From: Octopus sinensis
Taxonomy: Eukaryota
Assembly: GCF_006345805.1 (NCBI RefSeq)
Contig: NC_043006.1
Coordinates: 65,720,001-65,784,000 of the forward strand
Direction: 5' to 3'
Length of the DNA stretch: 64,000 bases
Below are positions 10,839-23,314 of this stretch, in pieces (position 1 is the stretch's first letter; the number at the start of each line of letters is the position of its first letter). The position numbers and the translations under genes are program-made. The notes beneath the pieces are model-generated. The model was not told the origin of the DNA, did not search any database, and saw nothing but the letters and a program-made list of their open reading frames with translations.

Positions 10839-13324
10839 GGAACAAAGATGCAATAGAGGGCATTAAAACGTTCAGTCAGATAGACGATACAAAGGCGAAC
10901 AAGAGAAACAACAATTAGAAGGACAGGCAAAAATGGATGGGTCATTCGTGTCTTTCTTTCATCAGTCTAGTCCCAGAAGTTACGACCATTTCGGGCAGTA
11001 TATATATATATGTGTGTGTATATGTGTATATATATTCAAACACATTGTCTTACATGCATACATATATCTGTGTGTGTGTGTGTAAATATTCAGTTTCAGT
11101 CTTTTATTTATATAAATGTATATACACAGACATATATATTATTTACGTAAATGTGTGTTTAATGGATTGTGCGGATGCAAGCATGTGTGGGTTTGTGTAT
11201 ATGTGTACATGATGAAGATGATGTGTACATATACTATAAACATTTTCAAGGTATGATACCTTAATAATAATCAAAATACAAATTTAAATACAAATTTAAA
11301 TAAATATTATGAATATACTCTACTGCATGTATTGAGTGCTATTTTCCTTCGTTTATAAACTGTAAGTACTGCCAAAAATGAATAATCTTTTTTCTTCTTT
11401 CGTTTTCTATTTTTTCTTTCTGTTTTTGCTTCTTACTTGTTTCAGTTAGTGGACAGTGGCCATGCTGGGGCACCACCTTGTAGAGTTTAGTGGAACAAAT
11501 CAATCCCAGTACTTGAGTTTTTTTAAATCTTGCACTGATTCTGTCAGTCTCTTTTGGGGATGTAAACCAACCAACACTGGTTATTGTGTGGTGGGAAGGG
11601 GCACAAATACACACACACACACACACACAGACACATTTACACTCTGCTGTAAAGTTATTGGTGTTAGAAAGGGCATCCAGCCAAGAAAACTATGCCAAAA
11701 TGGACAATGAAATGTGGCCCAGCCCCCTACCTTGCCAGCTCTTTTCAACCTGTCCAACCTCTTGCCAGCTTGGAAGATGGATGTTAAATGATGATAACAA
11801 TGCTGCACATATACACAATGGGCTTCGACACAGTTTCTGTCTAACAAATTCACTCAAGGCTTTGGATGGCCAAAGTGATGCACAGCAGGATTGAATCTGA
11901 GACCCTGTGGTTGGGAAACGGGCTTCTTAACCACACACCAATTCCGGCAACTTATTCTTATATTCTTTTACTTGTTTCAGTCATTAGACTGCAGTCATGC
12001 TGGAGCACCACATTGAAGAGTGCACATCAAACGAATTGATCCTCTACTTATTTTTTAAGCCTGGTACTTATTCTGTCAATCTCTTTTGCCAAACTGCTAA
12101 GTTATGGGTGAGTAAACACACCAATTTGGAGGTACATGGCCTAGTGGTTAGGGCGGTGAAGTTGCGGTCGAGGGATCAGGGGATCGAATCTCAGATCGGA
12201 CGATGTATGTGTTTATGAGCAAAACACTTAAGCTCCACACGGCTCTGGCAGAAGGTAATGGTGAACTTCTGCTGACTTTTTCACCATCACTTCCTCTCAC
12301 TCTTTCCTCCAGTATCTAGCAGTTCACCTGCAATGGACCAGCGTTCTGTCCAGGTGGGGAACATATACACTAATGAAACTGGGAAACCAGCCCTTATGTG
12401 CTAGGCATGGCTCAAGAAGGAACAGACACACTAACACTGGTTGTTCAGCAATGGTGGGAAACAAACACAGACATTCACACATATATAAGGTGGGCTTCTT
12501 TTAGTTTCCATCTACTAAATCCACTCACAAGACTTTAGTTGGCATGAGGCTATAGGAGAAGACACTTGCCCAAGGTTCCACACAGAGGGATTGAACCTAG
12601 AATCTTGTCATTAGGAAGCAAACTTCTTACCACGCAGTCACCCCTGCACCTATTATTCCTAATGTTTTGTGTTTTCAAATAATAAAATCTATCGGATGTT
12701 GTAGTTCCCTTTTCAACATATTTCTTGTCTGAACCCTTTTGATACCAACCTGGCTGAAACTACCTCTGGCTCTGTGCTACAAATATATTGTTTTCAAAAG
12801 TTTTGAATTAAAATCTTCCACCAAACCTTAGTCACAATTTATGTTCCTAACACCAGCTTAATGGTAACTAAGTTATTTTACTAAATTCTTCGTTATATTT
12901 AAAATTAATTGAAAGAAACACAGAGCATCTGAAGTGAAATATAGTAACAAAAGGGTTAAAGTATTCAAATTGATCCACTTTCCTTTTGCTCATTTGTTCA
13001 TGTGCTTCACTTACTGGCCGTGTTCTCATGCAAGCTGGGGTTACATGGTTCAACAGCAACTGGTAAGACTGGGAACTGCTCCAGGTTCTATTATGTTTTG
13101 GCATGGTTTCTATAGCTAGATGCCTTTCCTAATGTGAACCACTTTACAGGGTATATTGGCTGCTTTTTATGTGGCACCAACACTGACAGGGTCGCCAAGC
13201 AACTTGCAAGACAAAACTATTTCTGATCTATGTTTGCTTGTGTAGTGTCTGTATGTACTGCATAGATTTTTATTGTGCTCAGGGCACATACATGTTCTCT
13301 AACACAATAAGGCTGTTATTATTG

Positions 13325-13960
13325 TTAAGGCAGTGAGCAGGCAGAACCATTAGCATGCTGGGCAAAATGCTTTGCAGCATTTTGTCCATCTTTACATTCT
13401 AAGTTCAAGTTCCGACAAGGTTGACTTTGCCTTTCATCCCTTCGGGGTTGATAAATTAAATACTAGTGAAACACTGGTGTCAATGTAACTGACTAGTCCC
13501 CTTCCCAAATTTCCCCAAAATTTCAGGCCTTGTGCCTATAGTAGAAAGGATTATTGTTAAGGTGGTGAGCTGGCAGAATTGCTTGCACCATCCATTTTTA
13601 TGTTCTGAGTTCAAATTCCACCAAGGTTGACTTTGCCTTTTGTCCCTTTGTGGTCAATGAAATAAGTTACTGTTGAGCCCTGGGGTTGATGCACTCGACT
13701 TACCCTTTCCTCCAATGTTTCAGGCCCTGCGTTTCTAGTCGAAAGAATTATTATGATTGTAGTTAAGAGTGGTGGGTTGGCAGAGTTGTTAGAACCTTGG
13801 ACAAAATGACTTGCTGTGTTTAGTTCCAACTCAACATTCTGAGTTCAAATTCTTCTAAGGACAGCTTTGCCTTTTATCCACACTAGTTTTGGTAAAATAA
13901 AGTACCAGTCATGTACTGGGAGTCTCTAAATTTTAAGCTTTGTACCTTTATTAGAAATAA
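13325..13960 (+). mobile_element. Three tandem copies of SINE family C (others 14870-15095 -, 23500-23950 - x2, 37370-37580 -, 38120-38330 +, 38936-39290 + x2, 42750-42970 +, 43760-44372 + x3, 56722-57235 + x2, 63357-63569 -)
   Basis: Head aaggcggcgagctggcagaatcgttagc, B-box-like gagttcaaattcc, body gactttgcctttcatcc...aagtaccag...gggtcgatgtaatcgac. Confidence 0.9.
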
Positions 13961-16900
13961 TTACTGTTGTTCTTTAGTTTCATGTCAGCTATGATCTAGA
14001 AGTTCTATGATCAGTTGTGTTCCAACCATGACAATCTAGCTTTATTCTTTTTTAATTGAATGATACAGTCTATCTTGGACTGCATTATTGATTGTGTCTT
14101 TTCTTTCTTTTTAATTCGTTAGTCAGGTGCGATTTCAGAGAGGTTTGTTTTCTATTGGTCAGGCAGCAAGTCTTTCATATAGTTTTTGTTTTCTGCTGTT
14201 TTCTACTGTTGAGACCCAGTCACCTGAGAATAGCCTTAACAGCACAGAAATATGCTGTTGTTGATGTAAAAGCTAGTCTTTAGCCTGGCCCTCTAAAAGA
14301 TATTCTTTTTTATTGGATATTACACACCTGTTAATTTGGACATAACTTCATTATTCAATCTGCATTATCCTGTTTTGTTGTTTTTTTTACTAAGGCCAGA
14401 TGTCAGCATGATTGATGACTTAAATTAGTAAAAACAGTGATGGTTTTCATCATACTGACAGACTGGATTCTATGAGAATATGGTTTATCTAAATGGTAAA
14501 GTATTGGGTAAGGAGAGGTACTAACCTGAAGCAGATTAGAGTTCATATTCTGATTCTGGTTGAGTATATTTGTTTTACCACCCTGAACAGATAGGCCTAC
14601 AGATACAGGACTTTTCTTCATCTGTCTTGATTGAGCTTCTGTTTCTTCCCTTGAATCTTAAGTTTGGTGTACAGTAATCCTTCGCTATATTGCAGTTTAT
14701 TATTTAAGGTTACGTCAATTCCTCCATGGTGTTCTTTTGCATTTATAATAAAATATAGGTGCAGGAGTGGCTGTGTGGTAAGAAGCTTGCTTCCCAACCA
14801 CATCGTTCCAGGTTCAGTCTTGCTGCATGGCACCTTGGGCAAATGTCTCCTACTACAGCTTTCTTATTTCTTTATTACCCTCAAGAGGCTAAACATAGAG
14901 GGGACAAACAAAGGGATTAAGTCGATTACATCGACCCCAGTGCGTAACTGGTATTTATTTAATTGACGACCCCAAAAGGATGAAAGGCTAAGTTGACCTC
15001 GGTGGAATTTGAACTCAGAACGTAGTAGCAGACGAAATACCGCTAAGAATTTCTCCTGGCATGCTAACGATTCTGCCAGCTCGCCACCTTAAACTGTAGC
15101 TTTGGGCTGACCAATTCCTTGTGAGTGGATTTGTTAGATGGAAACTAAAAGAAGCTTGTTGTATATATATATTTGTATGTGTGTCTCTGTTTGTCCCCCC
15201 AACATCGCCTGACAAACAATGCTGGTGTGTTTATGTCCCCGTAACCTAGCGGTTCAGCAAAAGATACCGATAGAATAAGTACTAGACTTACAAAGAATGA
15301 ATCCTGGGGTCGATTTGCTCGACTAAAGGTGGTGCTCCAGCATGGCCACAGTCAAATGACAAACAAATAAAAGAATATGCAAATTATAAAAATAATTAAG
15401 AAATTGCACAGTATTGTTTTCACCTACTGTGGGGGGTTTTGGAATGTAACACGCACGTTAGTCCAAAGTTTGCTGTACTTACATTTATGGATATTTGCAG
15501 GTGTGGCTTCAAGCACAGGTGTAATTGCAAGTGTGGCTAAGAAGCTTACTTTTGAACCTTGTGGTCTTGGGTTCAGTCCTACAGTGTGGCACCGTAGTGT
15601 TTTCAACAATAGCCCTGGGTGGACCAAACCCTTGTGAGTGGGTTTGATAGACAAATTGATAGAAGCCCATCATATATTTCTGTGTGTGTGTGTGTGTACC
15701 CTTGTCTGGACCTCAAGTGATGGTTGCAAATGAACATCATCATCATACAAGCTAGGTTGTTCATTTCCAGTTTCTTCATGAAAAGCATGTCTAACTATGG
15801 GAAAATAGTACCATGCTTGGATATAGATGGGGGTTGGCAACAGGAAGGGCATTGAACCATTGAGAATCTGCCTTAACAAATTCCATCTGACCCATGCAAG
15901 CATGGGAAAGTGGACACGCAGTCAACAATGAGGATGAAAATGTACCCGTGCACGGATGCACCCAACATACACCATTTTTAAACGAATTACCCCTCACTAA
16001 AGACTGTAATATAATTTATAAGATATTGTCAAAAAGTTCCCTTTTTTAGATGATTCCCAGTCAGGTGTTCACTGGGTGTGGAGAGGGTGGTGGTGGTGGT
16101 GGGTGACCTTTCTGTGTCTGCAAGCGGTCAGTCAGAATGCTATTTGGCGAGTGTCCTTGGATTCTGGATTGTGACCTGTTGCAACAATCAACGTAGTAGG
16201 TAGATAGGTAAGTAGGTAGGTAGGTACATGGTGAGACAAGACTGGGGTATGCTGCTGGGTGGAACAAGAGAAAATCTAAGCATCAACATTCAACTAATAC
16301 TATTAACATATTTCTCTAGATGCAAACTTCCCTCTTCTCTTTCTCTCTCTCCTCTCTCTGTTCTTCAGTCTCTTTCTCTGTATTAATCTATTCTTTTGAT
16401 CATGTCCTACTCTCCACTCTTTTTGTTCACTCCCTATCTTCTCTCTCTCCTCTCCACCTGTGTGTGTGTCTCTCTCTCTCTCTATTCATTCTTCTCTCCT
16501 TGTCAGTCTTTGGTTTTGTTTCTCTCTCTCTCTCTCTCTCTCTCAACATATTAATAACTAACAAGTAGAGAAATGCTTAAATAATGTGATGAATGGACTG
16601 ACTTGAAAGTGCAAGTGAAAACTGTATGCATTCACATATGCACACGCGTGCACGCTCACACACACACACGCACACACTTACACACATAGACTCCTATGCA
16701 TGCATGCATACCTACATACATAGATATTTATTACTATGCAAATGAATTAACCATTTTCTATTAAATTAATGTATTATTATTATTGTTGTTGTTGTTGTTC
16801 CTACTATTCTTGTAGCATTAGCAGTCAAAGACTCCAGATAGAATCAGAGTGGGGGGTCGGAAGGGGAGAGGAGAGTGTAAAACTGCCTAAATTGCAGTGT

Positions 16901-17995
16901 TTTTATTTTCTGCTGTGCCAAGTCGTGTGTAGCAACAGATGTGCATCAGCAACAACACTGTCTGCACTGCACTGCTGCTCTAAAAAAAAAAATTTTTTTT
17001 TCTCTCTTTATACGAAGATGCATCGACTAAGCAAGGATCATCGCCCGACAATAAACCAAACCCCAACCACCCCCATCCCCATAATAGTTCCTCTTGCCCA
17101 TTTCACCCTCCCCCCCCCCCACTGCCACTGCGCTCGCTACCCTCACCATCGTCGCCTCCACCCTGTCCTCGTTTCCTTTGTTAACAGAATATTTATGTCA
17201 TTCATGTTGTAATGTCTGTACTGTCATATGTATGTTGGTCTATCTCCTGTATGCAACTGTTGAGTTTTGCATCTGCATGCGTATGTGCCTGCCTTTTCAA
17301 TCTGTGTGTGTGTGTTCATGTATTGTTCTGTGTGTGTGTGTGTGTGTGTGGTTTTTGAAGTTATGTATTGTAGCAAAGTAGCTAGAATCTCTAAAATAAC
17401 TCAAGTGAATGCTAATCCATGCAAGATGCTTTACGCCTGTAGTCAAGGTTACGTGTACCGCTGTGAGTTTACTACATCTGTGGGCTTGTTAATCTCCCAA
17501 GAAGCTACACAGCTTTTTACTGATTAAAGACCTCCACGTGCGCGCACACGCACACAATCACTGCCACATTTCGCACCCTCTCCGCACACCTACCCCTTGC
17601 ATGGCTCTACCCCCCCCCCCATTGCACACACACACACAGCGTCACTCTCTGTCTCTACATATGTGTTTTTGTATGTAAATCAATATTCTTTGAAATAAAT
17701 AAAAGCAAACAACAAACAATTCTGCAAATCTATCAACCTTCATGTTACATGATTGAGAGATTGTGTGTGTGTGTGTGTCTAGTCAAAGTTGTGGTTTGGG
17801 TTATAATTGTGTCTATCATTCCCACATCTGTTCTCTCTCTCTTTCTATATACCCATGCACACACACACATATGCATATATATATATATATATATATAAAT
17901 GCATACACACATATACATACACACGTGTATGTAAGTATTTATGCACACACATATGCATACATATATATATATGCAGACACACACACATGTATATG

Positions 17996-18029
<34 letters not shown>

Positions 18030-18392
18030 TAGACATATGTATTTATCTATATATGTATGTGTATAAAGTGAGGTGAGTAACTCTGCTCAGTTTCATCTTC
18101 ATTTACATATTTACAAACAATTAGGTAATTGTTCTTGATGGGGTTTTTCTTGGCAACCCTCCCACCTCATACAATTTCATCGCTTCTCTATTCTTACCCT
18201 CCATCTTTCTTCTCTCCTCAATAAAGCTTTGGTCCTCTTCTATTAACCACTCTCCATTATTATTTGGTCATGCTGGCAGAAAGCTAAGAGACATCAGAAC
18301 CACAATTGCCAAAAACACAATGGTGTGTATGCAAGCCAGGTCTTGGCAAATTGTTGTTTCCCACCCATTCTTATCAGCACCCTGGGGGTAAC

Positions 18393-18502
<110 letters not shown>

Positions 18503-18690
18503 ACACACACACACACATATATATGAGTGGCTGTGTGGTAAGTAGCTTGCTTTCCAACCACATGGTTCCAGGTTCAGTCTCACTGCGGGACACCTTGGGC
18601 AAGTGTCTTCTACTATAGCTCCAAGACAACCAAAGCCATGTGAGTGGATATGGTAGACAGAAACTGAAAGAAGCCCATCTTATATATATA

Positions 18691-18875
18691 CGTGCGGGTG
18701 GCACGTAAAAAGCACCCACTACACTCACGGAGTGGTTGGCGTTAGGAAGGGCATCCAGCCGTAGAAACACTGCCAGATTTGACTGGGCCTGATGAAGCCT
18801 TCTGGCTTCACAGACCCCAGTAGAACCGTCCAACCCATGCTAGCATGGAAAACGGACGCTAAACGATGATGATGA
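18691..18875 (+). mobile_element. (GAT)n-tailed RTE-3'-type short repeat (family D; many copies, e.g. 5745-5950 -, 21900-22060 +, 24605-24830 -, 32745-33080 -, 34570-35095 both strands, 49330-49490 +, 62790-63010 -)
   Basis: gagtggttggcgttaggaagggcatccagc...ccaacccatgctagcatggaaaacggacgctaaacgatgatgat. Here inserted in the (TA)n of a family B SINE. Confidence 0.9.
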
Positions 18876-19234
18876 TATATATATATTTGTGTATCTATGT
18901 TTGTCCCCCCCCCCACCATTGCTTGACAACTGATGTTGGCATGTTCATGTCCCCGTAACATAGTGGTTCGGCATAAGAGACCGATAGAATAAGTACTAGG
19001 CTTACAAAAAATAAGTCCTGGAGTTGATTTCTTCAACTAAAGCAGTGCTCCAGCATGGCTGTAGTCAAATGACTGAAACAAATAAAAGAATAAAAGAACG
19101 GCTGTTCATTTCTGCTAGAAATAGCAAATCTCAAACTCCAACACCACCACCACCAGTCTTGAGAAAGGGAACCATAAATTGGTCTAGTTTTTTTTTACAC
19201 ATACCTAAAAAGACACTCTGGGTTATCAGTCCTA

Positions 19235-19365
19235 ATTTCCCCAAATCACCTGATGAAGGTTGGAGGGTACATCAGCCGAAAACGTGTTAACAACAAACAA
19301 GATGAGTACAAATATCCGTTAAATGTAAATAATGTACTTAATTCCTCATCTCTTAAATATAGAAC
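19235..19365 (+). mobile_element. 3' part of the hammerhead-bearing SINE family E
   Basis: Aligns to 22850-22985 (CTGATGAAGG...CAGCCGAAA...gatgag.acaaatatcc...cctcatctcttaaatatagaac). Confidence 0.9.
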
Positions 19366-20119
19366 AGCAGTGTCATCCTCTAGAAAATCTGCCTGAGCCA
19401 ATTCCATCTGACTCATGTGAGCACCATGATGATGATGATTAGAAGGGAGTGAGGTGCTTGTGATCTTATCCAGGGCCTCTGTGAGAGGTAGAAAAGAGGG
19501 CAGAAGTTATTCCTCAAACTGGTGACCTGGTCCCAAGTGATTGCAACAGATTGGAGTGTGCTAAATGTACCCAAATATCAGGTGGTGGTGTTAAACTGCA
19601 TAATGAATTCAGTCTAAGACCCAGGTTGACCACCATGGGATTTGAACTCAAAATTCCAAGAGTCGGGATATATGCCACAAGGCAAGCCCAAAAGGATAAC
19701 AGGCAAAGTTGGCATCCGTGAAATTTGAACTCAGATCTCAAAAATCCATATAATTCCTGCAAGGCATTCAGGCTGTTGTTCTACTGACTCTGCTAACCCC
19801 AATGCCTTAGCTTAAGTCCTTGATTTAAATCATAAAAGAGATTTGTTTTTTTTTATCTCTGGCAGATCTATGATGTAAAATATTCGAAACAAGACAATGA
19901 CTTCTTTTTAATTGTGTCCCCTAAACTCAGTGTCTGGCTTTTTTTTTTTTTATAAAAAAACAGTACAATGTGGGTTTGAAGGAGATTTGGCTGCTGTTTC
20001 TAATAAATTGAGTGACCATGTCAAGGTCTCATTGGTTAATAGATATTATGAAGACTGTTGATGTTAATATTTTTATCAGTGGTAGCACATTCACATTGTT
20101 AACACTCTGCTCCCTAAAC

Positions 20120-20372
20120 CAGTGTTTTTCAGCCATTGTTTTAATAATGGACCCTTTTAATTTGTATTTTTGGATTGGCCCTCATAACCATTCATTGCTT
20201 AAAATATCCTATCATATTTTTATAATTTAATATTATTAGAATTTTATGAAAAAAGAAAACATTGAAATATTTTGGGTATTGTAGGAGTGTGAGCAATTTA
20301 TAGCACATAACTTTAACAGCAAAACCTTATAAGGACCCTAAATGTCATATGGTTCCCAGTTAAGAGCCACTG
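20120..20372. mobile_element. hAT (Charlie/Buster-like) MITE
   Basis: CAGTG...CACTG termini. Perfect 8-bp TSD CCCTAAAC (20112-20119 / 20373-20380) with central TA. Confidence 0.85.
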
Positions 20373-20602
20373 CCCTAAACTGTGGTAACTATGGGTCATG
20401 AAGATTCCTTTTCTCCTAACTCCAGACTACATCTCTTGTACCCAACAAAAATGTAGCATTTGGCGCTTGACTGAGCATCATCTGTCTACATGACATCAGC
20501 ATCCGTAGGATGGTAAACTATTTCTGTGTTTCTTTTGTCTTCTTTCATTTAATGATCATGTATATAATTATTTGCTAAGATTTATCTTTTGTTCTTTTAC
20601 AG

Positions 20603-20713
20603 CAAAATGAAGAATTGAGACGACAGCTCAATGCACAACAGAAACTACTGGAAAAACATAAAGAAAACCTTCAAAAATGTTTAGAAGTTAATAAATCTCT
20701 TTTAATAGAAAAA
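20603..20713 (+). CDS. Tlk: TLK exon 2 in window (QNEELRRQLNAQQKLLEKHKENLQKCLEVNKSLLIEK)
   Basis: ttttacAG / GTAAGT, 111 nt, phase 0-0. Resembles TLK LRRQIDEQQKMLEK...LLIEK. Confidence 0.95.
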
Positions 20714-20803
20714 GTAAGTCAGCAACGCTTTCTTTGGTTGGGTTGTTTACTGCATTTATTAGCATTGTTCTTGTCGATTAACTGTGGTCAATTCTGTGTT
20801 TGA

Positions 20804-21023
20804 CCATTTATCATTCAGATTACTCTGTCAAATGCAATACTTATTTATTCACATTGTTTGGAATGAATCCTGTGTTATCTCATACCTTCTAGATCTTCAT
20901 GATGTGGTTATATAATTTTAGCATGACATTGCCGAGTAGATGTGAAAGGCTGAATCTGGTCGGTTTAGACATAAAACTGGTAGAATGTTTGGGCATGATA
21001 TGGTTAGTTTAAATGCTAAAGGG
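20804..21023. mobile_element. piggyBac-like MITE (CCCTTTAGCATT-type TIR)
   Basis: Left ttga-CCATTTATCATT, right AATGCTAAAGGG-ttaa. Confidence 0.7.
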
Positions 21024-22079
21024 TTAACTTACTGATTGCTCAGCAAAGGATCACTTTTCTCTGAGTAGTTTTATATTATTAAAGAGTTTAACATGCTGAG
21101 TAATCCGAGCCATCTCTTTTTGAGTCGATCTGTGTTAAGGAGTTGTTGTCCTGTTCAGGACACAGGCATGGCCGTGTGGTAAGGAGATTACTTCCCAACC
21201 ACATGGTTTCAGGTTCAGTCCTACTGCATGGCAACTTGGACAACTGTCTTCCTATACAACCGTGGACCAACCAAAGCCTTGTGGTGGATTTAGTAGGCTG
21301 GTGCTTTTTACATAGCACTACTACAGGTGCCTTCTGTGTGGTACCAGTGTAACTTTTTACATGGCACTGGCACAGGTGCATTTTATATGACACCAGTGGC
21401 ACCACCTCCAAGTAACTTGCAAGACAAAAGACCTCTTAGTTGTGAGACGGATTGGAACCAAAGAAAGAGTCTGTGTGCCAGGCAAGAGGTTAGATTATAA
21501 TATAAGGACAGAGATAGTTGTCTTACTATTGGGGACATACCTGACCACCCCAGCAAGATGAGGAAGGAGAAAGAAAGTGGGAGAGAAATAAAGAGAAAGA
21601 TAGGGCCATAGTTAGCGAGAGACAGAGAGAAATAGATGGCGTTGGAGATGTATTGGGACCTACCCACAGTGAACAGTGGGTGGGTGGAGGAACACTAAAT
21701 CTAACTGCAAAAGAGCATATGAGGCTTGGAGGTGACGAGGGTCAGTTCTATTCAACATATCTGAGATATATGGTCAGTGCTCTGGATACTTTAGCAGTTC
21801 TTACTCCCTAGAACAAATCTAGTTGACAGTTTAATGGAAACAGATGGTGGGGGGGGGGGCGGTTACTTCTTGCTGGGTTGGAGGGAAATTTACAAGCACT
21901 AAGTCCACTCTGCTGAGTGGTTGGTGTTAGGAAGGGCATCCAGCTGTAATAATCCTGCCATAACATTCACAGAAGTCTGGTGCAGACTTCAGCCTGGCCA
22001 GCTCTTGTGGTACCGTCCCACCCATGCTAGCATGGAACACGGACGTTAAATGATGATGATGTGGACTAAGAGTGGTTGG

Positions 22080-22415
22080 ATGTATTTAGAGACAGTGATA
22101 ATGTGTTTAGGTAAAGTGTAGTTATGTGTTTAGTACAGCTGGTGGATGTGATTGTATGTACTCAGGTGGCATGTTGATGGTTGTATGTGTTTTGACTTGG
22201 TGTATATGATTATGTGTTTAGATATGTTTATGGTTCTAAGTGTTTAGATGAGATACATGTTAGTTGTATGTGTTTAGATGGAGTGTAGGTGGTTGTATGA
22301 GTTTAGAAGTGATGTAGGTGGTCATACGTGTTTAGATGTGTTTATGATTCTAAGTGTTTAGATGCAGTAGATGTTGGTTATATGTGTTTAGATGGAGTGT
22401 AGGTGATTGCATGTG
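22080..22415. repeat. Degenerate ~28-30 bp minisatellite with GTGTTTAGAT core
   Basis: atgtgtttagatggagtgtaggtg recurs, with ~10 core occurrences. Confidence 0.8.
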
Positions 22416-22499
22416 AAAATGGATTTAAAATGTTAAGTATTGTACTTGGTTTAAATATTTTATTTCTAAGTAAAATCACAACTTGTCTGTATACTTAAA

Positions 22500-22631
22500 T
22501 TATTTACATTTGAGGGATATTTGTCCTCATCTTGTTTATTGTTAACACGTTTTGGCTGATATACTCTCCAGCCTTCATCAGGTTTCTTAGGGAAATTTCA
22601 AACCTGGATTCTCATTCCTAAAGTATTTTTC
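22500..22631 (-). mobile_element. Inverted partial copy of family E (head-to-head with 22677-22986)
   Basis: Reverse complement of 22818-22952 with scattered mismatches. Confidence 0.92.
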
Positions 22632-22676
22632 AATATTGTTGTTGTTATTATTATTATCACCATCATCATCATTCAC

Positions 22677-22773
22677 GGGCATATGGTGTATTGGTTAAGA
22701 GCACAGGCTACTAACCTCAAGATTCCTAGTTCGATTCCAGGCAGTGACCTGAATAATAATAATAATAATGATG

Positions 22774-22815
<42 letters not shown>

Positions 22816-22986
22816 GTGAAAAATACCTTAGGAATGAGAACCCAGGTTCGAAATTTCCCCAAGACACCTGATGAAGGCTAGAAGGTATATCAGCTGAAAC
22901 GTTGTGTTAACAACAAACAAGATGAGGACAAATATCCATCAAATGTAAATAATGTACATAATTCCTCATCTCTTAAATATAGAACT
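22677..22986 (+). mobile_element. Full-length SINE family E: tRNA-like head + (AAT)n + Penelope-like hammerhead tail
   Basis: A-box TGGTGTATTGG (22684-22694), B-box GTTCGATTCC (22729-22738), (AAT)n ~22752-22812, then the 3' module. Confidence 0.85.
22863..22908 (+). ncRNA. Putative minimal type I hammerhead ribozyme motif
   Basis: Stem I GACAC(22863-67)/GUGUU(22904-08); core CUGAUGA (22868-74) plus an extra A; stem II GGCU/AGCU; GAAA (22896-99); palindromic ACGU stem III; GUU cleavage triplet (after 22903). Fold assigned by hand. Confidence 0.6.
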
Positions 22987-23177
22987 GTATTACCTGTATA
23001 CTTCTCAATAACTTCTGTAGCGACTCCTTCATATTTGCTGTCCCTTGCGAGCTCACAATGCCCTCAAGGGGTCACTAACAGTCAGGTTAAGAACCACTGG
23101 TGAAAATATTGTAACATTTAATCAGTTTCTCATTTTTACTTTCCCAACTAACCAATTTTTACTGTTCTTTGTTGCAG

Positions 23178-23314
23178 AGTCTTTTAGAAAAGAAAACTAC
23201 GCGACAGAAGTGCATGGAAAACCGGTTACGGTTGGGGCAGTTTGTGACGCAGAGACAGGGAGCTTCATTTGTTGAAAATTGGGTAGATGGTTGGGCTTTC
23301 ACAGATTTAATAAA
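23178..23314 (+). CDS. Tlk: TLK exon 3 ([46 protein letters not shown])
   Basis: ttgcAG / GTAAGT, 137 nt, phase 0-2. TLK motif RLRLG.F.T.R.GASF.E.W.DG.AF. Confidence 0.97.

Noticed and set aside
17420-17470. Micro-exon ending at GTGAGT (MLYACSQGYVYR)
   Set aside because: It ends in phase 1 while the next TLK exon is phase 0, and there is no homology support.
18789-18815. CTGATGA followed by a hairpin (hammerhead-like)
   Set aside because: No GAAA after the stem; it is a variant of the family D ctggtgcagcc sequence.
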